DNA of 64,000 nucleotides from Candidatus Yanofskybacteria bacterium RIFCSPLOWO2_02_FULL_44_18 (GCA_001794755.1 MGKT01000008.1:11491-75490); one strand, 5' to 3'. Counted from the first letter of the stretch, positions 9,005 through 19,014 are shown. Notes: generated by a model from the sequence alone, not told the origin. Translations and numbers: made by a program.

Positions 9005-10129
9005 TCAATCTTTTGATTTATTAATCAATTCTGCAATTTGCTCAATATCTTTTGGGCCTATGACATATTTAATGTCTTTCTTCTGGCCACCATAATCAAT
9101 GTTTCTTATTATTTCTGTCTGTCTGTTCTCTTCAATTTTTCCGTAACCATAAGAACCAAAAGTTGTTCCAACATTTTCGTGCCCCAAGCTCTGACTAAAA
9201 GCTTTTTTCTCTTCTTCAGTTAAGGGTAGTTTTGATATTTCCTTAACCAATAAATGTCTTAGGGCGTGCGGATGATAGTGTTTAACCCCAGCTTGCTCAA
9301 ATCTTTTCTCAAATATCTTTCTTGGAGAAGACGAACTTTTCCAGAAAATCGGTTCAACTTCACCCGTATTATAGTAGCTCATATTTTCTTTACCGTTTTC
9401 AATTTTGGTTGCTGGAAATATGGGGTTCTCTGGCTTAAACCCTTTTTTATTCTCCAGATAATCAAACCACTTAAGAAAATAGTCCAGAGGCTCTTTGTAT
9501 GAAAATGGAATTAAAGACGAAACAATCCTTTTACGAAATTTTGTTTCTACTCCTAACGCTGGGTCTTGGTCTATAATTAAATTACTCTTATCAAAACATC
9601 TCATACTAAGGGATTTAACAGCCGAGATTCTTGCCCCAGTTAGCAGGATTAGGGAAATTAAAGCTTTATCCCTTTTTTCAATTTCAGAGTCGCCCTTGAT
9701 GTTCTCAATTACAGTTTTAACTTCTTCTAAGCTTGGGAACCCTACACTTTTGGGCTGGGTGGCAATTTTGACTTCAGCCCTTGATAGCCTTAGATAATCT
9801 ACGGCTGTTTGGTTAATTTTTGACTTAAAACCAGGCTGTCTGGATAACCAGTCAAAAAATACTTTCAAATACCGTAACATATCATAGCTGTAAGATAGGC
9901 TTATGGTTTCTTCAGAATTAGCCTTCTTCTTGGTCTTGAGCCAATCCTTGAACGATTCCGCCAGTGTTTGATTAAAACTACCTAAATCGGCTTTATGCGA
10001 AAAATCTTCCCAAAGCCAAATTGCCTTTTCATAACACTCAATTGACTTTCCAGAAAATCCTTTAGAGTTTTTGAGATAGTCATAAAACCTCCTTTTTGTC
10101 TGTTCGTTTTTGTAGGTTGTTGAAGTCAT
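9005..10129 (-). CDS. Tyrosine recombinase / phage-type integrase
   Basis: GARISAV (box I Arg), HPHALRHL (HxxR) and GHENVGTTFGSYGY (catalytic Tyr region). Confidence 0.8.
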   Translation of the reverse strand: MTSTTYKNEQTKRRFYDYLKNSKGFSGKSIECYEKAIWLWEDFSHKADLGSFNQTLAESFKDWLKTKKKANSEETISLSYSYDMLRYLKVFFDWLSRQPGFKSKINQTAVDYLRLSRAEVKIATQPKSVGFPSLEEVKTVIENIKGDSEIEKRDKALISLILLTGARISAVKSLSMRCFDKSNLIIDQDPALGVETKFRKRIVSSLIPFSYKEPLDYFLKWFDYLENKKGFKPENPIFPATKIENGKENMSYYNTGEVEPIFWKSSSSPRKIFEKRFEQAGVKHYHPHALRHLLVKEISKLPLTEEEKKAFSQSLGHENVGTTFGSYGYGKIEENRQTEIIRNIDYGGQKKDIKYVIGPKDIEQIAELINKSKD

Positions 10130-10193
10130 ATTTTTACTTTTAGTTAGTTAATGGTATTAAATGGGACATTTACGAGTAGTGATAAATAACCTA

Positions 10194-10595
10194 TCAATCT
10201 TGTTGGGATACCCCTATAAATCTATTGACCCGTGTATTGCACACCTCACAATTGCCCACCTTTTTATACTGGTCCGAATTGCTTTTACCTATTTTTTTAC
10301 CTGTTTTTATGGTCTCCTCGCTTCCTGCTTTTGCCCTAACTGATTTGTGGCATTTGAAGCAAAAAAATTGACCCTCATTTAGGCCGATTCTTCTCTTGGC
10401 CCGTTTCTTATTAAGGAAATCAATTAAATCTGCCCCAATAACTAATATCGGATTTACGTTTTGTTCAATCGGTCTCAACCCTTCTTTTTTTAACCAGCAA
10501 CGACAAGTTTTTCTATCTATTTTCAAAAGAGAGACTATCTGGGTCATAGAATAACTTCTTTTGGATTTAATTAACCGTATGTTATGTTTGGCCAT
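10194..10595 (-). CDS. DNA-binding protein with HTH plus C-terminal C4 zinc ribbon (possible recombination directionality or regulatory factor)
   Basis: SYSMTQIVSLLKIDRKTCRCWLKK HTH-like segment. CFKCH...CEVCN zinc ribbon. Lies downstream of the integrase on the same strand. Confidence 0.45.
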   Translation of the reverse strand: MAKHNIRLIKSKRSYSMTQIVSLLKIDRKTCRCWLKKEGLRPIEQNVNPILVIGADLIDFLNKKRAKRRIGLNEGQFFCFKCHKSVRAKAGSEETIKTGKKIGKSNSDQYKKVGNCEVCNTRVNRFIGVSQQD

Positions 10596-10609
10596 ATTCC
10601 ACAGCTTCT

Positions 10610-10798
10610 TTAATGATTTTGTTGGTCTTCAGGTTCAGATTTTGTTATTGGGCCAGGTTCAGATTCCCCATATACAAATTTGTAAAGGTTGACCAAGTTA
10701 TTGGCACGAAAAGAAGCCTCTGCGTCTGTTAGCTGGACCTTGAACCTTTGCAGGTATAGTTTCTTGAACTCTTCAATTGCTTCTTTTGGTAGCATCAT
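10610..10798 (-). CDS. Small hypothetical protein (62 aa), paralog of the 17816..18001 ORF
   Basis: Shares M-L-x-KEA-[IL]-EEFK-x-[IL]-Y ... D-x-[ED]-A ... A-x-NL-[VL]-N ... Y with the 61-aa ORF at 17816. Confidence 0.45.
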   Translation of the reverse strand: MMLPKEAIEEFKKLYLQRFKVQLTDAEASFRANNLVNLYKFVYGESEPGPITKSEPEDQQNH

Positions 10799-10941
10799 TC
10801 AATTATGGCAGGGTAGCTACTTCAAAGTTTGGGGGCAAAAATTTGCCCCTTTACGGTCTGTTAAATTGCTGATAATACAATGCTAAACAAAAACACTCCT
10901 TTTTATTGGAGCGTTTTTTGTTGCCTTTTTAGCACCACTGG

Positions 10942-12234
10942 CTATTTTTCTATAATCACAAGTTGGATGCCATTCTTTCTTTCTATTTTGGCTGGGAATC
11001 CTTTGTCTTTTAGTATCCTGTTGATTCCTTTTATGATGCCAAAAAACCTGTTTTTAGCAGTTTCATTGCGACTAAAGGTAGTAGCGTTTTCTGTTATATT
11101 TAGTTGAACAGCGAGAAACTCTGGTGGATGGGTTTTGCCTTTAACTTTTTCTACGCCATTCTTAATATACCGCCTTTCGTCCCACAATTTTTTGAACAAT
11201 AAAATTCTATCTTTTTCTCCCCTCGTTCCTCTTTGAAATTTATGAATAATATCTCCAAAACCTATGATACCCGTTTGGCGATTAAATGACATTTTCTGTT
11301 TTATGTTGTCGTTAGCTATCGGCTCCGATTTTTCTTCCGCCTCAATCTTGGATAGTAAGAAGTTGTGCAATCGGGGTATGGATTTTTTGAACTTATCCAG
11401 ATTGAGGGCTAATAAATTTTTATCTTCTTCGCCATCACGAACGAGCGATGGGTGGTATTGGTTTTGTTTCTTAATCTCTGCTATATCACTTGCCATTATG
11501 GAAACTCTTACTCTTCTTTTGGTTTCTTGTAAGCTACAATTCTCAACATATTTTTCTGGGTCAGTGTCTATGTTCCTATAGTTTTTCCACGCATCGTGAA
11601 AATTTAGAACCTTATCTACAATTCCCCAGATTTCCTCACTTTCCAGCTCTTTGATTTTGTTCCACTGTTGCCTTCTAATTGCTATTGTTTTTGAGAAAAC
11701 GAAATTCCCATAAGTGTTGCTATCTGCACCGCTATGTTTTCTATACTCTTTGTTGGAAACAAGAAACTCATTCAGAGCTTCTCTCTGTCCCATTTCTGAC
11801 ACAACAGAAGCGGCAGAAAAAAGTAAAGACGACCGAGCACCAGAGTCAAAATTGTTGTCTGTATATAACTGAAGTTTTCCGCTTTCATAATCTTTAATTT
11901 CTTTTAGAGCATATGTTAGTCGGCTTGATTGTATGTGTTTATTTTCAGTAATTTCAAAAAATCTTTTCTTTGCTGACTTCATCTCTTTTATTGCCTTATT
12001 TTCCAATTGGTCTAACAGTGCATATTCAATATCTCGGCCCTTGAGAGTTTCCTGCATTACCGACACTAAAAATGTAATACTTTTTATATAATCCAAGTAG
12101 TCATTAAGCCCCAAAAAAAAGTTATACTGATTGGTTTCATCAACAAACAATCCGTAGTGTCGCTGGAGAGCTTCTATTGTTGAGTTAGTTAATAACATAG
12201 TTGTCTGTGAGGTTAATTTTTTACAATCTACCAA
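10942..12234 (-). CDS. Hypothetical protein (430 aa), orphan island cargo
   Basis: Long AT-rich ORF transcribed divergently from the Mod gene. No recognisable motifs. Confidence 0.55.
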   Translation of the reverse strand: MVDCKKLTSQTTMLLTNSTIEALQRHYGLFVDETNQYNFFLGLNDYLDYIKSITFLVSVMQETLKGRDIEYALLDQLENKAIKEMKSAKKRFFEITENKHIQSSRLTYALKEIKDYESGKLQLYTDNNFDSGARSSLLFSAASVVSEMGQREALNEFLVSNKEYRKHSGADSNTYGNFVFSKTIAIRRQQWNKIKELESEEIWGIVDKVLNFHDAWKNYRNIDTDPEKYVENCSLQETKRRVRVSIMASDIAEIKKQNQYHPSLVRDGEEDKNLLALNLDKFKKSIPRLHNFLLSKIEAEEKSEPIANDNIKQKMSFNRQTGIIGFGDIIHKFQRGTRGEKDRILLFKKLWDERRYIKNGVEKVKGKTHPPEFLAVQLNITENATTFSRNETAKNRFFGIIKGINRILKDKGFPAKIERKNGIQLVIIEK

Positions 12235-12483
12235 TTTTTTCTTAATTTCTCAATGTTGTCCCCTAAAACACATCAAGGGCTTTATTCTTAGCTCAATTTA
12301 GGGTATCTTATTTATGTTCACCTATAACGACTTTTCCTAAAGGGAGGTCATCCTTTTTTATCCAATTATGGGTAGAGATGGGTGGCCGAGTTCCGTAATT
12401 GGACTCCCTTTGGGAAGTTCCGTTATGGGTGAACACTCGGCTGCCCTTTTTTGTTTAGGGTGATTGAGGCATAACGTTCACCT

Positions 12484-14418
12484 ATGCCCCGAAAGCGGAA
12501 AAATGACAATAAGGAAGAGTTAAAAATACAAAGCCAATCAAATGGTGATTTTGTAAATCCAGAACCTGAAGAAGTAGAAATTCCCGTTCAAGAAGAGTTT
12601 TATCAGATGCCGACAAGATTCGGCAATGTGCCAGTAGATAAAGCTCCTCTTGGCTGGGATGAGCAGAGAAGATTTGAAAAAGTTTATCCCAGAGTATCTC
12701 TTCCGTTTCAGCAAATAGAAAGGGTTTCTTTTGGGCATTCAGAGCTTGAACCCAACAAGCTGTTTTTTGGCGACAACTTACACATAATGCGTCTGTTGCC
12801 ATCTAAATCCATTGACCTTATTTATATTGACCCACCATTTTTCTCTGGCAAGAATTACAACATTTTATATGGCGACAAAAACGAACTTCGTTCTTTTCAG
12901 GATATTTGGGAAGGTGGTATGCCTGGCTACCTAATTTGGCTCAACGCTCGTCTTTATGAGATGAAGCGATTACTTAAAGATACCGGCTCTATCTATGTTC
13001 ACCTGGATTGGCACGCAAGTCATTATGTAAAGGTAGAAATGGATAAAATCTTTGGGTATGAAAATTTCTTAAATGATATTTCCTGGTGTTATAGAGGGTA
13101 TGAACACAATAAAAGCTATTTTAATAGAAAACACGATTCTATACTATTTTATGCTAAAAATATAAAAAGTAAGAGTGCTTTTAATTACGATAAAATAAGA
13201 GAGGAGTTATCAGATGTTACAAAAAAGAAATATAAACATAAGGATGAAAACGGTTTTTATCGTATTCGTGGAAGAAATATAAAAGGTAGCCCCGTTAAAC
13301 AACAGACCGACCTAACTCACGAACAAGAAGAAAAATATTCAGGATTAACATATAGACAATATCTAACAGAGGGCACCTTACCAAGAGATTGGTTTGTTTT
13401 AGATTTTATCAATCAAGCTTCAAATGAAAAGATTGGTTATCCCACACAAAAACCAGAAGAATTATTAGAAAAATTGATATTAGCAGCATCAAATGATGGT
13501 GATGTGGTCGCAGATTTTTTCTGTGGTGGTGGCACAACACCAGTTACTGCTCAAGAACTTGGACGCAAATGGATTGCTTCTGATATATCTCGTATTGCTG
13601 TCGCACTTACAGCAGACAGGATATCTGTAGAGGCAGAAGAAAATAAGGACAGAAAAGTGCAGACCACTCTTTCTGGAATTAGCGACATATCAGATTTTAT
13701 TATTGAGCACTGGGGAATATACGAGATTCAAAAACTTAGTAAGATGAAATCGGCTCAATTCAGAAAGTTTATCATTGAAGCATATAATGGCCGTCCCGAC
13801 ACAACCTCTGACAATATACACGGGTATAAAAATGGCGAACCTCTTTTTGTCGGAGACCCGGAACCAGATGACAGAATTTCCAAAGAAGAAGTTGTTGCTT
13901 TTGCTAAGATAATTCTCACCAAAAAGGGTATACATAGAGGCACAATGCTTGGTTGGGCATTTAGTCCAGATGCCAGGGTTGTCGCTGAAAAATTAGTGGC
14001 CAGAGAAGGCATTACTTTGGACTTCGTTAAACTCAATTTAATTCCAGTAGATTCTCCAGAATTTAAGAGCCACATAACCGATAAACACCCCTCTTATGTT
14101 GATTTGGTTTCTTTTATTTTACCGCCTTTAATAAGGTTTGGTTTTAACAAAACTGGCGATTTGAAATACGAATTTGATGTTACCGAGTCAACTTCTATGA
14201 ACTCCGGCAGTAAGATAATCAATGTTCAGTGGGACTTTGATTATAGGAACAGGTTTAGTTCAACTCGTGGCTACTCATTTCTGCGAGGCAAAAAGAACGA
14301 ATCTTTGTTGAAAGTTGAATATACTTTTCCATCGGCAGGAAAAAGAAAAATAGCTTGCCGAGTCCAAGACGATAAGGGTGGCGAGGCAACACTCATAAAA
14401 GAGATTGGGATTGAATAA
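12484..14418 (+). CDS. Type III-like restriction-modification Mod subunit (beta-class N6A/N4C DNA methyltransferase)
   Basis: Motif IV DPPF (LIYIDPPFFSG) precedes motif I FxGxG (ADFFCGGGTT), the beta-class order, with TQKP in between. The stop is coupled to the Res start (TAA-at-ATG). Confidence 0.8.
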   Translation: MPRKRKNDNKEELKIQSQSNGDFVNPEPEEVEIPVQEEFYQMPTRFGNVPVDKAPLGWDEQRRFEKVYPRVSLPFQQIERVSFGHSELEPNKLFFGDNLHIMRLLPSKSIDLIYIDPPFFSGKNYNILYGDKNELRSFQDIWEGGMPGYLIWLNARLYEMKRLLKDTGSIYVHLDWHASHYVKVEMDKIFGYENFLNDISWCYRGYEHNKSYFNRKHDSILFYAKNIKSKSAFNYDKIREELSDVTKKKYKHKDENGFYRIRGRNIKGSPVKQQTDLTHEQEEKYSGLTYRQYLTEGTLPRDWFVLDFINQASNEKIGYPTQKPEELLEKLILAASNDGDVVADFFCGGGTTPVTAQELGRKWIASDISRIAVALTADRISVEAEENKDRKVQTTLSGISDISDFIIEHWGIYEIQKLSKMKSAQFRKFIIEAYNGRPDTTSDNIHGYKNGEPLFVGDPEPDDRISKEEVVAFAKIILTKKGIHRGTMLGWAFSPDARVVAEKLVAREGITLDFVKLNLIPVDSPEFKSHITDKHPSYVDLVSFILPPLIRFGFNKTGDLKYEFDVTESTSMNSGSKIINVQWDFDYRNRFSSTRGYSFLRGKKNESLLKVEYTFPSAGKRKIACRVQDDKGGEATLIKEIGIE

Positions 14419-14420
14419 AT

Positions 14421-16409
14421 ATGTTTAATTCTTTCTTACCTTACGAAAAGAAGTTTCAAGATTGGATAAACAACCGTTTTGAACACGAGAAAATGAAGCC
14501 CGAAACGAAGGAGTTTATTTTGCATATCTTAAATCCAGAAAGAGAAAGAAAACTCTGGCGAAATCAGCAGGAAGGAATTTTAAGAGCTATCTATGCCTAT
14601 GAAGTTTTAGGTAAGAAAAGTATATTACTCAACATAGTTACTGGTGGGGGTAAAACGGCAATAATCGCAGGTGTGATTGCTTGGTTGAGAATGGCCCATC
14701 AAATAAGACATTTTATTATTCTTAATCCCAATGTCATTGTCCGAGACAGATTACAGCAGGACTTTACCAAAGCCAAGATATTCAGGGACTTTAAGTTTTT
14801 CCCAGCCGTTTATTCTAATCTGTTAGATGACCTTGATTTACATATTCTTGGCGATAAACAAGCACCGCAAGGAATGCTTGAGTCAGGTGTTGTTCTGGGT
14901 AATATACAACAGCTTTACAGCAGAGGCGGTAAGGTAAGCCGCAATCTGGCCTATATTATGAACTTTCTCGGCGACTTGGCAGTTTTCAATGACGAAGCTC
15001 ATAATACGCCAGCACAAGAATATACAAATATCCTGATGCAATTAGCCAAGAAATCTAAGTTCCGTTTGGATACAACGGCAACGCCTGACAGGGCTGACAA
15101 TCAAAATCCCGATTCTGAAATGATTTACGAATACGGCATTCAAGATGCCCTGACCGATGACTTAATAAAATCGGTTGTCGTTTATCAGCCAGATATTAAA
15201 AGAGTTGAGCTTACTTACACGGATGTTGATACTGGCAAACAAGCCAAAGTTGAAGAAATTGATTGGGATGAGATAGACAGAAAAGGCATCAGTGCAACTC
15301 AATGGGTTACTGATGACAAGCCGTTAAAACAGCAAATCAAAATTGCTCTGGGCAGATTGGCAGAGCAAAAAGAGCGTGCCAAAGGACGCTATAAGCCAGT
15401 TCTGTTTGTGGTAGCTGTTTGTATCAGAGATGCCAAAAATGTCGTTAGTGTAATGGAGAAGAAATTTAACCTGAAGACCCTTTTGGTTACCGAGGAATCA
15501 GAAGAAGCACATCGCAGGGAAGCAGCCCACATAGGCCATCTGGATAGCCCCTACGATGCCGTTGTGAGCGTTTTAATGCTCCGTGAGGGCTGGGATGTGC
15601 CAGAGGTGGGGATTATTATGCTTTTACGCAAGTTCTCATCAAAGGTCTATGGCCAGCAGGTTATTGGCCGAGGATTGAGAAAGGTTATCAGAGACGATGG
15701 CGAAAGAGAGATACTGGCTGTTGTAGACCATCCAAAACTTGAACACGGCTGGCTTTGGAAGTTGGTTGGGGCAAAGATTAAAAAAGATGTCTCGGTAGAC
15801 GATAAATTTGATGTTGAAGAAGACCTGCCTGAAATACAACAGAAACAGGAACTTATTGACCCAGAAAAATTGATTGAAGTTCCAGAAATTGAAGGTGAAA
15901 TAGAACCTGATTTTGAAACAATTTTTGAAGGGTTAAAAGAAGTTCCAGTTACCGAAGATTGGCAGAAAATACTTGATGCAATCAACTACCCAAGAAATAA
16001 AGTTGAGATAACAGGTCTCAAATTACGGGGCATTAGAAAAATTGATTTAAGCGGCAAGCAGTATGTTGAGTATGAGCCGACAGAAGAAGACGAAGAAAAA
16101 CCAGCAGAGAAAGAGCAATCTGAAACCACATATTCCATAGATGACCTGCGAGAAGAATTAAAAGATGAGGTATTAGAACTAAGTTCCGAACTGCTTTTTA
16201 TGATGGGCTTCGGCTCAATCTACAAAGAGCTTATTTACAATACGGTTATGAACCATATTGATAAAAAACTTTTTAACGGCAAAACGCTTGGCCTGGCTGA
16301 ACAAAAGGACTTGGAATTTGCTTTGTATAAATTATCAGAAATAAGACGGGTATTTATGAAGCCTGGCTTAGTGCCAAGTATTATCCGCTATCCTAATGCA
16401 ACAGAGTGA
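14421..16409 (+). CDS. Type III-like Res subunit, SF2 helicase/ATPase part
   Basis: Walker A VTGGGKTAI, DEAH box FNDEAHN, TATP, and motif VI QQVIGRGLRK. Acidic C-terminal tail. No nuclease motif within this ORF. Confidence 0.75.
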   Translation: MFNSFLPYEKKFQDWINNRFEHEKMKPETKEFILHILNPERERKLWRNQQEGILRAIYAYEVLGKKSILLNIVTGGGKTAIIAGVIAWLRMAHQIRHFIILNPNVIVRDRLQQDFTKAKIFRDFKFFPAVYSNLLDDLDLHILGDKQAPQGMLESGVVLGNIQQLYSRGGKVSRNLAYIMNFLGDLAVFNDEAHNTPAQEYTNILMQLAKKSKFRLDTTATPDRADNQNPDSEMIYEYGIQDALTDDLIKSVVVYQPDIKRVELTYTDVDTGKQAKVEEIDWDEIDRKGISATQWVTDDKPLKQQIKIALGRLAEQKERAKGRYKPVLFVVAVCIRDAKNVVSVMEKKFNLKTLLVTEESEEAHRREAAHIGHLDSPYDAVVSVLMLREGWDVPEVGIIMLLRKFSSKVYGQQVIGRGLRKVIRDDGEREILAVVDHPKLEHGWLWKLVGAKIKKDVSVDDKFDVEEDLPEIQQKQELIDPEKLIEVPEIEGEIEPDFETIFEGLKEVPVTEDWQKILDAINYPRNKVEITGLKLRGIRKIDLSGKQYVEYEPTEEDEEKPAEKEQSETTYSIDDLREELKDEVLELSSELLFMMGFGSIYKELIYNTVMNHIDKKLFNGKTLGLAEQKDLEFALYKLSEIRRVFMKPGLVPSIIRYPNATE

Positions 16410-16746
16410 AAGAGGTGTATTTGAACATCCAACTAAAAGCCCATTCTCTTTGGAAAAATATGACTCTCGCTGGGAACGAGAGTATATGGAAGAATTGGAA
16501 ATGTATTCGGATATTGCTAAATGGACTAAAAACCATAGAATCAGAATACCCTATGTAGATGACGCTGGATATAAAAAGTATTTTGAACCTGATTTTTTGA
16601 TTGAAAAGATTGACGGAACAAAAGAAATACACGAAGTTAAAGGTGGCCACCTAATGAACCGAGAAGTTGAACTAAAAATGAATGCCGCTAAGTTGTTTTG
16701 CGAAGCCCGTAAAATGACCTTTCGGCTTATCACCAAATCAAGATGA
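16396..16746 (+). CDS. PD-(D/E)xK endonuclease domain protein (candidate detached Res nuclease domain)
   Basis: YFEPDFLIEKIDGTKEIHEVKG gives the D ... E-x-K signature. Overlaps the helicase ORF by 14 nt in the +1 frame. No SD. The nuclease frame is open only from 16372. Confidence 0.6.
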   Translation: MQQSERGVFEHPTKSPFSLEKYDSRWEREYMEELEMYSDIAKWTKNHRIRIPYVDDAGYKKYFEPDFLIEKIDGTKEIHEVKGGHLMNREVELKMNAAKLFCEARKMTFRLITKSR

Positions 16747-16788
16747 GATGACTTCAAGAGAGCGTTAGAAAAATTAAGGCGATTTATT

Positions 16789-17043
16789 ATGAAAACTTTT
16801 GCTGAAAAACTAAAGGAACACACAAACTATTGTAATAAAATAATGAAGCAAACCAGTAAGTTTATCTTGTTATCAAAAGAAGCTAAAAAAGAGGGTAATG
16901 ATAAAAATTATGTTGAGTTCATGGAGCAAGCTGAAAAATCCATAAAGTTAGCTGACGAAACTATGCGAGAGTTTGAAACAAATCACGGTAAAGAGTTGAA
17001 GATTTTAGAAGAATGGTATCAAAATAAATATAATGAGCAGTGA
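16789..17043 (+). CDS. Hypothetical coiled-coil protein (84 aa)
   Basis: Short Lys/Glu-rich ORF within the island. Confidence 0.4.
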   Translation: MKTFAEKLKEHTNYCNKIMKQTSKFILLSKEAKKEGNDKNYVEFMEQAEKSIKLADETMREFETNHGKELKILEEWYQNKYNEQ

Positions 17044-17056
17044 AGTGAGGTAAAAT

Positions 17057-17803
17057 ATGAACTGGCTAAAACAAAACTGGATAAAAATATGGATTGTCGC
17101 AATAATTGCTGGTGTTTTATTAGTTGGCTGGCTTTTGCTTAACTCAAAAAACGACACTCTTTCTTTCAAATGCCCTGACGAATATACAAATTTAGATGAG
17201 TATGTAGAAATAGTCGCTATGTGGGCCAGTGATTATCTTAAAGAAAACCCAGGAGCGACAAATGAAGAAGTTGCCGATGCAAGAGTTGTTTTTTTGAAAG
17301 AACAGGGGTGCGAAAACCACTTTCCAGGACTTGATAGTAAAATGGTTAGCGAGTTAGAAGAGGAAGCTAATAAGCAGATAGACACTGAAAAACTAATGGC
17401 GGGAATAAAATATGCCGAATCTCAAAGAAAAGATGAAGATGCCGATTCTTTAATTAAGTCTACAAATGAAAAAGAGCTTTACGATAATCACTACATTAAA
17501 CACCTCCGCACGGCTTTTAACGGCTATCTGGATGGCACAAATAACGGAGTAGAAGAAGGCACATCAGAAAAGAGCGAATTAGAAAGTGGTCTTAGGTGTG
17601 GTTTAGATAGTTTTGATAAAAATTACTTCAAGAGCGAGTTTAATGTTATCAAGACAGAAAAGAATGACTATGGCGGAATAGTGGCTTATATTGCCTTTTT
17701 GAACAATCACGACAGAGTATTTTGGACTTGGGTTTATCAATATGCTGGTGGCGAATTTACCCTTAGAGGATTTTGCGAATATGCCGCACTAATTGAGCAA
17801 TAA
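17057..17803 (+). CDS. Hypothetical membrane-anchored protein (248 aa)
   Basis: N-terminal TM WIKIWIVAIIAGVLLVGWLLL followed by a soluble domain. RBS GAGGTAAAAT before the ATG. Confidence 0.5.
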   Translation: MNWLKQNWIKIWIVAIIAGVLLVGWLLLNSKNDTLSFKCPDEYTNLDEYVEIVAMWASDYLKENPGATNEEVADARVVFLKEQGCENHFPGLDSKMVSELEEEANKQIDTEKLMAGIKYAESQRKDEDADSLIKSTNEKELYDNHYIKHLRTAFNGYLDGTNNGVEEGTSEKSELESGLRCGLDSFDKNYFKSEFNVIKTEKNDYGGIVAYIAFLNNHDRVFWTWVYQYAGGEFTLRGFCEYAALIEQ

Positions 17804-17815
17804 AATAATTTTAAT

Positions 17816-18001
17816 ATGTTATCAAAAGAAGCCCTTGAAGAATTCAAGGCAATTTACAAAAAAGAATATAACGAGGATATTTCAGACGAAGATGCCCTTG
17901 AAATGGCCGTGAACCTTTTGAATATGATGAACGCAATTTATCGGCCAATCCCAAAGAAATGGCTTGATGAATTAGAAGAAAAAGATGGCTTGGTTAAGTA
18001 A
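17816..18001 (+). CDS. Small hypothetical protein (61 aa), paralog of the 10610..10798 ORF
   Basis: MLSKEALEEFKAIYKKEYNEDISDEDALEMAVNLLNMMNAIY aligns with the 62-aa ORF on the minus strand. Confidence 0.45.
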   Translation: MLSKEALEEFKAIYKKEYNEDISDEDALEMAVNLLNMMNAIYRPIPKKWLDELEEKDGLVK

Positions 18002-18033
18002 AATTTGCTATAACTTACTTGGAATAGCGAGAG

Positions 18034-19014
18034 TTGGTATTCTTTGGCATTTTGCTAAAGACAGCATTGTTCAATAAGTCGGACTTGTTCCGTAAAAAGC
18101 AATTACTGGCTTACGGGTCTACCAAGAGCTTGGCCGAGCATCATTGGAGCAACTATGAGGGTCAAGGAGTGAACGAAGACCAACACAAGCGACGAAATCT
18201 TGTTTTCCTTCAAGTAGCTCGCTACTCCCACAAAGAACTCCCTTACGGGAGCTTTTTGTTGAGAAAGATAACAAAAACTGATAAATTGAGAATTATGAGC
18301 CAGGGCATTGCATATAACATTTATTGCGACGAATCCAGAGTAGAAAACCCAGAGTCCGACAAGATGGTAGTCGGGGCTATTTCGTTACCTCGTAATATCA
18401 AAGAAAAAACCACTAAAGAGCTAAAAAACATTTACAAGAAACATAACTTTTCAGGTGAATTAAAATGGACAAAAGTCAATAAAAATTATTCAAGCTTTTA
18501 CAAAGGCATAATGGATTTTGTCTTAAAGACCGAAGACCTAAACTTTCGGTGCATAATCGTGGATAAGAGTAAGGTTGATTATTCAAAATATCACGAGAAT
18601 GATACGGAATTGGCGTTCTTTAAGTTTTACTATCTGATGTTGCGGAGCAGGCTCTTAGATAATAATAGTTACTACATTTTTCTTGATAAAAAGCCCACCA
18701 GAGATAAAAATAGAGCAAGAGCACTGCTATCATTTTTAAGTTCTTATGTATTACTTCGTCGCAAAGAATGTAACATAGAGCATCTACAAGCTTATGACTC
18801 AAAAGATAATATACACATACAGCTCGCTGATTTTTTAACAGGATTAGTTGCTTATGGCGTTAACACAGAAGCTGGAAATAATATAAAAATGCAGATGGTG
18901 AATTATTTTAAGGATGTTTTCTTAATAGAAGACTTGCTCAAAACAACGCCATTAACCAGTAACAAGATTAATATACTTGCCTGGAATCCAAATTTTTATG
19001 AAAAAGGTCGTTGA
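18034..19014 (+). CDS. DUF3800-family protein (alternative shorter start ATG at 18295)
   Basis: YNIYCDES (the N-terminal DES motif) and the C-terminal QLADFLTG motif characteristic of DUF3800. The 87 in-frame codons upstream (TTG at 18034) may be an extension or a leader. Confidence 0.65.
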   Translation: MVFFGILLKTALFNKSDLFRKKQLLAYGSTKSLAEHHWSNYEGQGVNEDQHKRRNLVFLQVARYSHKELPYGSFLLRKITKTDKLRIMSQGIAYNIYCDESRVENPESDKMVVGAISLPRNIKEKTTKELKNIYKKHNFSGELKWTKVNKNYSSFYKGIMDFVLKTEDLNFRCIIVDKSKVDYSKYHENDTELAFFKFYYLMLRSRLLDNNSYYIFLDKKPTRDKNRARALLSFLSSYVLLRRKECNIEHLQAYDSKDNIHIQLADFLTGLVAYGVNTEAGNNIKMQMVNYFKDVFLIEDLLKTTPLTSNKINILAWNPNFYEKGR

